IMG/VR virus record: IMGVR_UViG_3300032323_002905
Location: 1-64,000 of that record
From: a virus
Direction: 5' to 3' (one strand)
DNA length: 64,000 nt
This document shows positions 26,470 through 35,893 of the stretch, piece by piece; positions within the stretch are counted from its first letter, which is position 1; every line of letters starts with the position of its first letter. Both the position numbers and the translations under genes were made by a program. The notes below the pieces were generated by a model, which was given only the letters and a program-made list of their open reading frames with translations, ran no database searches and was not told the origin of the DNA.

Positions 26470-29400
26470 TTATGCTCCACCTGTAGTTACTGTAGTACTT
26501 AGAGAGTATATTATACCTTGTACTTCTGTATGGAACCAAATAGTAGTTGTAGGTGCTGTTCCTGAATTACTTAAACGTAGGGCAAATACACCATTTGAAT
26601 CTGTTACCGCATGATTAATTGAGCCTGTTGTATTAACCACAACTTGACTTCCTGATGCTATAGTGTATGTTTGAGCGGCGATAGCTGAAGCTGCTCCAAA
26701 TTGAGATGTAGATGTCCACCAATGTATTAATTGGCGTGGATTGCTTAAAGCTGTGCCATCTACTTCTAAAAATGAAGCCGATATCACTCGTGTTGTTGTT
26801 GTTCCTGTTGCTGATAAACTACAACTTACAAATCCATCATTTACAATATTTCTTATAGGTCCTGTCACTATTAATGAACCTGTAATTATAGTATTACCAT
26901 TAACATCTAATGTAGCGTTTGGAGTTGTGGTTTTATTTATTGCTACTCTACTTCCTGTAGTGTATAATTGAACATTTCCATCACCGTCTGATAAAACCAC
27001 TGTATTAGTTAAATTAGAAGTACCTGCGTAAGCACCTATAATAGTGTTTTTATTTCCTGTTGTGATTTGAGTTCCTGCATTATATCCTATAAGTGTATTA
27101 TTATTTCCTGTAGTTAAAATATATCCTGCTATATTTCCTAATGCTGTATTATATGTTCCTGTTGAAGCTGATACTAAAGCTTGATATCCTATAGCTGTAT
27201 TTCCTAAACCAGTGTTATTAGTTGGGGTAGCTCCTCCTCTTAAAGCTTCAAATCCTATAGCTGTATTATCACTAGAAGTCATAAAATACATTGAATACCA
27301 ACCTACTGCTGTGTTATTAGATGTAGCTGTACTTGATCTTAAAGCATTTGTTCCTATACCAATATTAAAACTTCCAGATGTATTAGAAAGCATGGGTGCT
27401 ACACCTATAGCTATATTATCATTTCCTACTGAATTGTTTTGTAATGCTCCTGAACCTAAAGCTGTGTTACCATCTCCAATAGTGTTTGCATTCAATGCTG
27501 CATTTCCTATTGCTGTATTAGCTAAGCCACCGGCGGCGTTATTAGTAAGAGTATTTTTACCAAAAGCTGTATTTCCATCTACTGCTCCTCCTCCTCTACT
27601 AGCTGTTATACCATTTATATATAAAGCAGAACCATCAAAGGTTAAATTAGATTCTACAGTCGCGTTAGGCGCAGTTCCATTTAATGTTATAACACCATTA
27701 TCTGTTGTTCCTGTTAAAGTTAAAGTTCCAGCTGTACCTGAAAGACCTGAACGACCTGATAAACCTGATAGGCCTGAAATGCCTGATAAACCTGAAATAC
27801 CTGATAAACCAGAGATACCTGAAATGCCTGATAAACCTGAAATACCAGAAATACCTGATAAACCAGAGATACCTGATAAACCTGAAATCCCTGAAGTTCC
27901 TTGTTCACCCATAGGTCCAAATCCCACATTAGTGATACCTTCTCCACTTGTGTCATAATTTGAAGAAAAATATAATGGATTACCTATTGATCTAGCTACA
28001 GTTCTTTCTAAATTACTATTTTTGTAATATCTTATATTATAACCATCATATGTTATATAAAAAATATCACTTGTAGTATAAGATAAAGCTGCGCCTACTG
28101 TTGAGCCTAATTCATATATATAAACATCTCCTCCACTATTAGTAAATTGAAATCCATAATTTATAGTGTTTGGATTATTACTAGATGGTGTTTCAGTTAA
28201 ACCAAAAACTGTATCTATGTTACCATTTGTAGCTTTAGCATTTACATAAGCTCCTCTTATATAGCCTTGAGTTGAAGATACATAAGGTTGATAACTACTA
28301 CCTCCTGTTTGTATAAATGTTGAAGAATCAACTCCATAAGAAGTATTTGAAAATATAGGTGTAAATACTGGTATGCCTATAAGACCTGAAATACCTGATA
28401 ATCCTTCTAAACCTGAGATACCACTTATGCCTGAAAGTCCTGAGATACCTGATAAACCTGAGATACCACTTATACCTGAAAGTCCTGAGATACCTGATAA
28501 ACCTGAGATACCACTTATGCCTGATAAACCTGATATTCCTGAAATACCGCTTGTGCCTGATAAACCTGAAATTCCTGAAATGCCTGAAAGACCTGATATA
28601 CCACTTAAGCCTGATATACCTGATAAACCTGATATTCCTGAAATACCTGAAGTACCACTTAAACCTGATATACCTGATATACCGCTTAAACCTGATGAGC
28701 CACTTAAGCCACTTAAACCTGAAATACCTGAAATACCACTTGTACCTGATAAACCTGAAATACCACTAATTCCACTTAATCCTGAGGTACCTAATAGACC
28801 TGATATGCCACTTAAACCTGAAATACCGCTTAGACCTGAAATTCCTGAAATACCACTTAAACCAGAGATACCTGATAAACTTAAATTAGTTCTATAAGCT
28901 ATATTACCTGAAGTATCAGAAACTAATATTCTATCTTCAGTTGTACCTGCTACTAAAGTAGGTAAGGTTAAACTTCCTGAAAGTGAAGTACTACCTGTTA
29001 CTTGTAAACTACCTGATATTTTAGTAGTTCCTATTAATAATTGAATATCATCTGTAGCATCACCAAATTGATTAGAACCAGATGAATATATTACAGATGC
29101 TGTTTCGTATATTGTATTTAAATATGTTATACTACCAGTTCCATTAACTGTTAAATTACCTGTTACTGTTAATGTTGTTCCATCATAAGTAAAATTAGCT
29201 GAACCTGCTGGGTTATTGGATCCATCTTTATAAACTACCTGATTAGCTGAACCAGCTACAGGTCCTATTATTCCTGAAAGACCTGAAATACCGCTTAGGC
29301 CTGATATACCACTTAAACCTGAAATACCACTTAGACCTGATATACCTGATAAGCCACTTAAACCAGAAATACCAGATAATCCTGATGTACCACTTAGGCC

Positions 29401-30015
29401 TGAGATACCTGAGATGCCACTTAAACCTGAGATACCTGATATGCCACTTAGACCAGATATACCTGATATACCACTTAGACCAGACACACCACTCAAACCA
29501 GAAATACCTAATGTACCACTTAAACCTGATAAACCAGATAAACCACTTAAACCTGATAAACCACTTAAACCTGATAAACCAGAAATACCACTTAGACCAG
29601 AAATACCAGAAATACCACTTAGGCCAGAGATACCAGATAGGCCACTTAAACCTGAACGACCAGATAAACCACTAATCCCTGATAATCCACTTATGCCTGA
29701 AATACCGGATAAACCACTTATACCTGAGATACCACTTAAACCTGAAATACCTGAAGTACCGCTCAAACCTGAAACAGTAGGTGTAATTGCATATGATGCT
29801 GTTACAGCATAAGATGAACTTAAAGCTTGTATAGCATAAGAAGAAGTAGCAGTTAATGCACCACTTATATCTACTGAACCTGTAACTGTTAAGGAACCAC
29901 TTATAGTTATATCGTAAGCCGCGTTACCGGTTAAGGCATCAATTGATTGAGATATTTGTTGAGCTTGTACGGTTGCACCTGTTACTATGCCCGCATTAGA
30001 CAGTACTTGAGCCAT
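26470..30015 (-). CDS. Collagen-like (Gly-X-Ser)n tail fibre with NTAxG (YadA-head-like) repeats
   Basis: Three GIS/GLS repeat blocks separated by globular segments; about ten N[TI]A[ILV]G repeats near the C-terminus. Confidence 0.85.
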   Translation of the reverse strand: MAQVLSNAGIVTGATVQAQQISQSIDALTGNAAYDITISGSLTVTGSVDISGALTATSSYAIQALSSSYAVTASYAITPTVSGLSGTSGISGLSGISGISGLSGISGISGLSGISGLSGRSGLSGLSGISGLSGISGISGLSGISGLSGLSGLSGLSGLSGLSGLSGTLGISGLSGVSGLSGISGISGLSGISGISGLSGISGISGLSGTSGLSGISGLSGLSGISGLSGISGLSGISGLSGISGLSGIIGPVAGSANQVVYKDGSNNPAGSANFTYDGTTLTVTGNLTVNGTGSITYLNTIYETASVIYSSGSNQFGDATDDIQLLIGTTKISGSLQVTGSTSLSGSLTLPTLVAGTTEDRILVSDTSGNIAYRTNLSLSGISGLSGISGISGLSGISGLSGISGLLGTSGLSGISGISGLSGTSGISGISGLSGLSGSSGLSGISGISGLSGTSGISGISGLSGISGLSGISGLSGISGISGLSGTSGISGISGLSGISGISGLSGISGLSGISGISGLSGISGLSGISGISGLEGLSGISGLIGIPVFTPIFSNTSYGVDSSTFIQTGGSSYQPYVSSTQGYIRGAYVNAKATNGNIDTVFGLTETPSSNNPNTINYGFQFTNSGGDVYIYELGSTVGAALSYTTSDIFYITYDGYNIRYYKNSNLERTVARSIGNPLYFSSNYDTSGEGITNVGFGPMGEQGTSGISGLSGISGLSGISGISGLSGISGISGLSGISGLSGISGLSGLSGRSGLSGTAGTLTLTGTTDNGVITLNGTAPNATVESNLTFDGSALYINGITASRGGGAVDGNTAFGKNTLTNNAAGGLANTAIGNAALNANTIGDGNTALGSGALQNNSVGNDNIAIGVAPMLSNTSGSFNIGIGTNALRSSTATSNNTAVGWYSMYFMTSSDNTAIGFEALRGGATPTNNTGLGNTAIGYQALVSASTGTYNTALGNIAGYILTTGNNNTLIGYNAGTQITTGNKNTIIGAYAGTSNLTNTVVLSDGDGNVQLYTTGSRVAINKTTTPNATLDVNGNTIITGSLIVTGPIRNIVNDGFVSCSLSATGTTTTRVISASFLEVDGTALSNPRQLIHWWTSTSQFGAASAIAAQTYTIASGSQVVVNTTGSINHAVTDSNGVFALRLSNSGTAPTTTIWFHTEVQGIIYSLSTTVTTGGA
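27730..27900 (-). repeat. 9-bp periodic coding repeat (Gly-Ile/Leu-Ser)
   Basis: cctgaaata/cctgataaa units on plus strand; boundaries approximate. Confidence 0.85.
28375..28880 (-). repeat. 9-bp periodic coding repeat (Gly-Ile/Leu/Thr-Ser)
   Basis: Degenerate 9-mer tandem array; boundaries approximate. Confidence 0.85.
29272..29772 (-). repeat. 9-bp periodic coding repeat (Gly-Ile/Leu-Ser)
   Basis: Degenerate 9-mer tandem array; boundaries approximate. Confidence 0.85.
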
Positions 30016-30029
30016 TTAATAATTTTTAT

Positions 30030-30038
30030 TATAAATAT
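30030..30038 (-). promoter_or_regulatory. Late-type motif ATATTTATA
   Basis: 14 nt upstream of fibre ATG; second copy at 30075-30083. Confidence 0.55.
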
Positions 30039-30050
30039 GGAAAGATAAGA

Positions 30051-30075
30051 GAAAAACCGCTACTGCTAGCGGTTT
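30051..30075 (-). terminator. Rho-independent terminator after glycosyltransferase block
   Basis: AAACCGCTA-GCAG-TAGCGGTTT then TTCTCTT on minus strand. Confidence 0.7.
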
Positions 30076-30105
30076 ATAAATATCATATTATAAAGGGATA
30101 ATATA

Positions 30106-30540
30106 TTAATCTATTTGAATTAATTTATAAAATACAATATAATTATCTGATGTTTTAACATCTTTGAATTCTTCTAATTTAAATTCATGATATTCAATTT
30201 CTTTTACTTCTTGCAATAAACTATTGAATTCTTCTTGAAATTGTATGTATGATGAATTAAAATTTGTTTTAGTATCATCAGTCCATACAAGAATTTCAAA
30301 ATTATTATTTTTATCTTTAGAGCCGTATTTTACAATTAAATTTTCTTTTAATTGGTCAATAATTAATTTTTCAATTGATGTTTTTTTAGCTAAATCAGTC
30401 AACCAATATTTAGTGGGTAAACTTAAATTTTCGCTTAATAATCCTAATGATAAAATTTCACCGGTTTCTTGATTTATAAAACCATTAAGTTCTGAGTCAA
30501 GTTTATAGATTTCTCTTAATGATAATTTAATATTAGCCAT
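30106..30540 (-). CDS. Hypothetical protein
   Basis: 144 aa helical; KYWL..LA, LI.KYG. Confidence 0.75.
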   Translation of the reverse strand: MANIKLSLREIYKLDSELNGFINQETGEILSLGLLSENLSLPTKYWLTDLAKKTSIEKLIIDQLKENLIVKYGSKDKNNNFEILVWTDDTKTNFNSSYIQFQEEFNSLLQEVKEIEYHEFKLEEFKDVKTSDNYIVFYKLIQID

Positions 30541-30806
30541 TATTGATCAGCTTTAACTTGTTTTGGCTTTTTTGTTGATTTTGTTTTATTACTATAATAA
30601 TGTTTTTTCTTTTTAGCTGACTGAGTATGCTCAGTAAATGGTTTTTCTTCTGCTACTGGAGCATCTTCAAATGAAGGATAATCTTCAACAGGAAAGAAAG
30701 AATTTGGTTTTTTTTCTGTAGGTGTGTTTTCTTTTTTTACAACTACAAATCCGATACCAATTGCTACTAGTAACGCGATTACAACAAAGATTAAAAGTGT
30801 TGACAT
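30540..30806 (-). CDS. Small membrane-anchored protein
   Basis: N-terminal TM LLIFVVIALLVAIGIGFVVV, Lys-rich tail. Confidence 0.75.
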   Translation of the reverse strand: MSTLLIFVVIALLVAIGIGFVVVKKENTPTEKKPNSFFPVEDYPSFEDAPVAEEKPFTEHTQSAKKKKHYYSNKTKSTKKPKQVKADQ

Positions 30807-30844
30807 AATTTTTTAATGGGTTTTATGGGTTAAGTTTATATATA

Positions 30845-30875
30845 TAAATATATAATAATATTTTAAAGATCCAAA
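30845..30875 (-). promoter_or_regulatory. Bacteroidota-type promoter (overlaps an ATATTTATA motif)
   Basis: TTTG-N19-TATATTTA. Confidence 0.55.
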
Positions 30876-33530
30876 TTAAAATTTATTTTTTCTTAATTCT
30901 TTTAACTCTTCTAAAGTATATTCATTTTCTTCTACAGGCCAATCATACATTGTACTGTCTATACCTTTGTGTAATACACCTCCAGGTACGCATAGTACAA
31001 AGTTTTGTTTACCTTGTGCACCTGGTGATTTTGGATTCCAATATGTTAATTCCCAGTCTAAACCAGCATTCCATGATGAATTTACATATGAATTGTTATG
31101 CATTCTATCTAAATGAATAGGCATCATATTTTTAATATCTTTAGCTCGCATAACCATATGTCCTGCTCTACAAGCTCTTTTTTCATTTAAACGTCCAAAT
31201 TTAGTTTCAATCCAACCTAATTCTTCATGTTCTTTACTCATGTAACCTGTAGCAACATATTTGTCTGGGAATTGGTTTAATATGTTACAATATGTACTTA
31301 TAGGCTCATTAAATAGATTATCTTGATCTGTAAATTGAATAAAATCATAATTATCAATATCCATGTCATCAAACATTTGAAGCATTGCTGCTCTTTGACC
31401 CATATTAAATTCTGAGTTGTGGATTTTAAATCGACTATCAATATTTTCTTTGATAGTTTTTAATGCTTCTGCTTTATATTCAGGGTGTGAATTTTCAACA
31501 ATATAAATATCATTTATAATACCTGGTTCTTGAATATCTTTTAATGAATTAATAACATTTTTAATATGATGAGGTCTATCATATGATGTTAATAATGTAA
31601 GTACTTTAGTTGGTTTAATTAATTTAGGTAAAATATCATTTTCAAAATTATTAGCTATTTTTTCCCAAGAATAATTTTCAATAATATAATCAGAATTTTC
31701 TTTTAGTACCCCACTTTCAATAATTGAATCATAATTATCATAAACATGTTTCATATGTTTAATTAAATCTTTAAGATTTGGTTCTCCCCAATTACCTAAA
31801 AACCATGGATGATTTTTAACTGGTACTGACTTAGAAGAAACATTATAGTATTTTCCTTTAATTAATTCTGTAGCACCTGGTTCTGAAGTTGCTATTGTTG
31901 GTAATCCACAAGCTATAGCTTCTAATAATGTCATCCCAAATGAATCTCCTCTTGATGGATAAACATAAGCGTGACAACTTCTATATAAGTCCATTACTTT
32001 ATCATGTCCATCATCACTAATATACCAAAATATATTATTGTGTTTTTCTATAATACTTTTTACATCTCGACTATTATAAAACAACATATCACTATTTGAT
32101 TTAATATGTAATTCTACATTATTATTATTTTTAAATAAATCAATAAATGCATCTAAAGTATGAAATATACCTTTTCTATCTGAACATTCTCCAACATATA
32201 AAAATTTAAATTTATCTCCTTTTATTCTAGGAGTATAATTAAATACTTTAGGATCAATTCCATGTGGTAATACAAATATAGGTTTAGTAATACCCATATT
32301 TTTTATTCTATTTTTTGATATATTAGACGGTGTTAAGAAAAAATCAGCTTTATTTCCATTAATTACAAATTGACCAGCTTCACCTGTTGTATCAACTCCA
32401 GTATAAATTACTTTAGTTTTAAATTTATCTAAATGTCCTATTGAATCTGGGTAAGCAAACATGATACCTAATTCATTAGATGATTGTTTATTTAAAAAAG
32501 AATGAATTAATGGATTTGTTGTTGTTGTGTTTCCAATAATAGGTTTACAAAATAAATCTATAGTTTTATCTAATTGTTCTAACATTCTTTGAGACAAAAT
32601 CCCCATTGAAGAAAAATCATCAAATTTAGCTAACCAAGTTAATTTAGTTGTTTTACCATTAATTGATTTTCCTTTAGTTATAGAACTAATAAGAACATCT
32701 ATATTCATTTCTGGTAGACATTCAAATATGTGTGCTTTAGCTATAATATCATTATCAAATCTTATTTTTTCAAATTCATCTCCTGATTTGTTTACAACTA
32801 CATACACTTCATTTCCTTGTACTATTTTTTTAACTTCATCATATAGTAAGTCTTTTAAAACTATAACATTTGAAGCTTGTAAAAATTTATGATGTTTTTG
32901 TTTATTAGTAGAAATTAAATTATCTAAATTTTCTTTTTTAAGATCATAAAATGAAACTCCTTGAATATGTCTAATAGGAAATCCAGTGTCCAAACTTTTT
33001 CCTAAATCATCTTTATAAAAATCGTAACCTAAATTATATCCATTATTTTTTATTCTATAAGAAAATTCAACATCTTCTTCATATCCTAAACCAAATCCTT
33101 CATTTAATAAACCTACTTTATTTAAAACAGATTTTCTAGCTATAAAACAACAACCTAAAATGAAGTCATCTGACATAACTGGACCAATTAATCCATTTTC
33201 TTCTTTATCACATAATACTTGTAAACGTTCTTCCCAGTTATGTTCTAAATAAACATCACTACTTATGCAAAACATATATTCATTTTTACATAATTTAAAA
33301 CCCTCATTTACTGCTTTAGCAAATCCTATACCTTCTTTACGAATATATAATTCAACTAATGGATTTGATTTAGCATATTGTTTTAATTTTTTATTACCTT
33401 CATCTGTAGTACCATTAGAATAAAGAATAATTTGGTCTATTGATGTTGCTGTAGATAAAGTTATATCTAAGTATTCTATAGCCATATCTACATTATTATA
33501 GATAGGCATTATTAATGATAATGGCTTCAT
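30876..33530 (-). CDS. Multidomain glycosyltransferase (GT2 + GT4 + GT-A-like)
   Basis: N-terminal SLIMPIYN, GFAKAVN.G, YEEDVEFSYR (GT2); middle PHGID, RKG, YVYPSRGDSFGMTLLEAIACGLP (GT4); C-terminal LLTSYDRP, IVEN, DQD. Confidence 0.9.
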   Translation of the reverse strand: MKPLSLIMPIYNNVDMAIEYLDITLSTATSIDQIILYSNGTTDEGNKKLKQYAKSNPLVELYIRKEGIGFAKAVNEGFKLCKNEYMFCISSDVYLEHNWEERLQVLCDKEENGLIGPVMSDDFILGCCFIARKSVLNKVGLLNEGFGLGYEEDVEFSYRIKNNGYNLGYDFYKDDLGKSLDTGFPIRHIQGVSFYDLKKENLDNLISTNKQKHHKFLQASNVIVLKDLLYDEVKKIVQGNEVYVVVNKSGDEFEKIRFDNDIIAKAHIFECLPEMNIDVLISSITKGKSINGKTTKLTWLAKFDDFSSMGILSQRMLEQLDKTIDLFCKPIIGNTTTTNPLIHSFLNKQSSNELGIMFAYPDSIGHLDKFKTKVIYTGVDTTGEAGQFVINGNKADFFLTPSNISKNRIKNMGITKPIFVLPHGIDPKVFNYTPRIKGDKFKFLYVGECSDRKGIFHTLDAFIDLFKNNNNVELHIKSNSDMLFYNSRDVKSIIEKHNNIFWYISDDGHDKVMDLYRSCHAYVYPSRGDSFGMTLLEAIACGLPTIATSEPGATELIKGKYYNVSSKSVPVKNHPWFLGNWGEPNLKDLIKHMKHVYDNYDSIIESGVLKENSDYIIENYSWEKIANNFENDILPKLIKPTKVLTLLTSYDRPHHIKNVINSLKDIQEPGIINDIYIVENSHPEYKAEALKTIKENIDSRFKIHNSEFNMGQRAAMLQMFDDMDIDNYDFIQFTDQDNLFNEPISTYCNILNQFPDKYVATGYMSKEHEELGWIETKFGRLNEKRACRAGHMVMRAKDIKNMMPIHLDRMHNNSYVNSSWNAGLDWELTYWNPKSPGAQGKQNFVLCVPGGVLHKGIDSTMYDWPVEENEYTLEELKELRKNKF

Positions 33531-34843
33531 TATTTTATTTTATTTTTAATAACATTTAATACATCATCTAATTTAATTAGATTCATACATTCTTTTCTTT
33601 CTGGTTGTTGTAAATCTAACCACCATCTTCTGTCATAATAATTTTTGCCACAGTTTTTTTCAATATACTTTACACCTGGATGTTTAGCATGATTATTATA
33701 GAATGGAGTTAAACAAATTCCAGAATGTGGGTTTACAGAAGCTGCAAAATGGTGAACAAATGTATCTACACTTATCCATAGTTTAGCTTCATCAATTAAT
33801 CCTGCTAATTCAGGAATAGATTTATCTAAAAATTTACCATCAACTCCGGCTGGAGCTGGTGTAAGAGGAATTTGATCATCTTTATGAGAACCTACTTGTA
33901 TAACATAAAAACCTAATTTTTTTAATTCAAAAATTAATCTAAACCATCTAACATCAACCCAGTCTTTATTTGAGTCTTGGTTCTGGATTTTAGCGGCTGT
34001 TGTACTTATTAAAGCTAATGGTTTACCTGTTGTATTTTCAAATTTAGTTTTATCTCCTGTATATTTTAAAATATCAGTGATATGTCTTTTTTCTCCATAC
34101 ATTTCAAAAAATGCATCTATAATTGTAGGAGAATTATTAGTTGAACCATAAGTATAAACAAATCGTTTATAACCTCCAAATAATTCATCAGACCAGTCAA
34201 TAAATCCTTTAATATTAATATGATTTATAGAAAAAGGATAAATAGAACAAACATAACACTCACTTCCTATTTTTTCTAATAGTGGATATGCCATGACATG
34301 ATCACCTAATCCACCATCAATATAAATAATTCGTTCATAAAATATAGGATTAATTATTTTTTTACTATATCTTTCTGAGTCTGATGTGTTGTCAGGAATA
34401 AAGGATTGTTTAGTTTTTTGAGTAATTAAATCCGCTATAAACCATGTTATAGATTGGTAATTAGTATCCCAATTAAGGCGTAATAAATCACTTGTTTGTG
34501 CTAATAAATAGGTATTATTAAGTATATCCCATTCTTTAACATTAAAGTGTGTATTAGATTCATCTATAATTAAACTATATTCAGTTTTAGTTTTAGATAT
34601 AAGTTCTACAATTGAAGATACAGGTTGATGTTGAGTAGGAGTAATAACATAATTTTGATAAGCAAGTGTTGTTAACTTGTTTAACATATTTGACTCTAAC
34701 CAAGGAGTAATATCTTTACAATTAACTTGTAGAGTTTGAAATTGAGATTTTAAGGGATGTTGATGTAGTTGATCTAATAAAATTGATAACTTAGTTTCAT
34801 CTTTAGTGTGAATGATAACAGTTATTTTATCATTTTGGGTCAT
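33530..34843 (-). CDS. GT9-like (heptosyltransferase-family) glycosyltransferase
   Basis: GGLGDHVM..P, KDW...W, VIQVG, ISVDTFVHHFAAS, CM..I..DDV; degenerate N-terminal domain. Confidence 0.8.
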   Translation of the reverse strand: MTQNDKITVIIHTKDETKLSILLDQLHQHPLKSQFQTLQVNCKDITPWLESNMLNKLTTLAYQNYVITPTQHQPVSSIVELISKTKTEYSLIIDESNTHFNVKEWDILNNTYLLAQTSDLLRLNWDTNYQSITWFIADLITQKTKQSFIPDNTSDSERYSKKIINPIFYERIIYIDGGLGDHVMAYPLLEKIGSECYVCSIYPFSINHINIKGFIDWSDELFGGYKRFVYTYGSTNNSPTIIDAFFEMYGEKRHITDILKYTGDKTKFENTTGKPLALISTTAAKIQNQDSNKDWVDVRWFRLIFELKKLGFYVIQVGSHKDDQIPLTPAPAGVDGKFLDKSIPELAGLIDEAKLWISVDTFVHHFAASVNPHSGICLTPFYNNHAKHPGVKYIEKNCGKNYYDRRWWLDLQQPERKECMNLIKLDDVLNVIKNKIK

Positions 34844-34863
34844 AACTTAATTGTATTTACTAA

Positions 34864-34895
34864 TAAATATAATAACTTGATTTTAAAAAGCCAAA
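34864..34895 (-). promoter_or_regulatory. Bacteroidota-type promoter of the glycosyltransferase operon
   Basis: TTTG-N20-TATATTTA. Confidence 0.65.
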
Positions 34896-35291
34896 TTATA
34901 TAGAACTTGAGAGATCAACTATAGTAAAGTCTACTGTTGGATTTTGTATTAATGATTGAGATATAATATATTCATGTCCTGCTAGTAAAATATTACCTTG
35001 AACATCTGTCTCAATACTACCATAATTTAAATTAGCTATTGTTACCGCACCATTATAAACTATTGGAGGTTGGGAGCCTGATGCTGAGCCTGAAGGTAAT
35101 GAACCTGTAATATATCCTGGTTTTTTATCGTATAAATTAGCAGTAACTGAAACTGATGTTCCATTATTTATAGAACATAAAACAAATAAATAAGTTCCAT
35201 CATAAAACTGAGGGATAGCATTAGACATAGGAGCCGTATTAGATTGAACGCATGTCCAAACAGGATTAAAATTTGAAATTTCTATTGCCAT
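34896..35291 (-). CDS. Hypothetical virion/fibre-associated protein
   Basis: 131 aa, beta-rich, ITGSLPSGSASGS loop; late motif at 35302-35310. Confidence 0.7.
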   Translation of the reverse strand: MAIEISNFNPVWTCVQSNTAPMSNAIPQFYDGTYLFVLCSINNGTSVSVTANLYDKKPGYITGSLPSGSASGSQPPIVYNGAVTIANLNYGSIETDVQGNILLAGHEYIISQSLIQNPTVDFTIVDLSSSI

Positions 35292-35301
35292 TTTGTTTTA
35301 T

Positions 35302-35310
35302 TATAAATAT
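35302..35310 (-). promoter_or_regulatory. Late-type motif ATATTTATA
   Basis: 10 nt upstream of ATG 35291. Confidence 0.5.
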
Positions 35311-35312
35311 TA

Positions 35313-35891
35313 TTAATCATAAAAAGTCATATTAAATTGCATTCTTTGGTATCCATATAATGTAGCTAAAATAGTATCAGGGTAATTAGCTGGATCATCA
35401 CCTGTGACTGAATATATAGTGGCTGATGTATCTGGGTCTGTGACTGATATATCTACAAAATTAATAGTACCAGAAGTTAGTTTTAATGTTAATATTAAAT
35501 CAGCTCCTGTACCTGCTGATGTCGCGGTATCAATATAACCTCCTGAGGAATCTGTAGTACCATTAGCTAATGTTTGGAAACCATATATTGAAGTTCCTCC
35601 AATATTAATTTTTATATCAAGACTATTTGCCGCGTTATTAGTAAATGTATAATCCCAATAATTGTATTCTAAATCATTATAATCATAAAATGTATTTAAC
35701 GCAAAATCTTGACTTGCAACATTTGTTGCATATATATTTTGTCCAGCGGTAGTATTTCTATTTATAGCTCCATATTGAGCAAAAACACCAGCAAATGATT
35801 GAGAAAATGTAAGTGATAATGTTGTAGATGTTCTTCCAAACTCTGTATTTAAATCACTCATCAAAATTGCTCCTGAACCTGTTATAGTCAT
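35313..35891 (-). CDS. Fibre-tip/adhesin-like virion protein
   Basis: N-terminus MTITGSGAILMSDLNTEFG resembles small proteins that follow S74-bearing fibres; T/S/N-rich. Confidence 0.55.
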   Translation of the reverse strand: MTITGSGAILMSDLNTEFGRTSTTLSLTFSQSFAGVFAQYGAINRNTTAGQNIYATNVASQDFALNTFYDYNDLEYNYWDYTFTNNAANSLDIKINIGGTSIYGFQTLANGTTDSSGGYIDTATSAGTGADLILTLKLTSGTINFVDISVTDPDTSATIYSVTGDDPANYPDTILATLYGYQRMQFNMTFYD

Positions 35892-35893
35892 AA

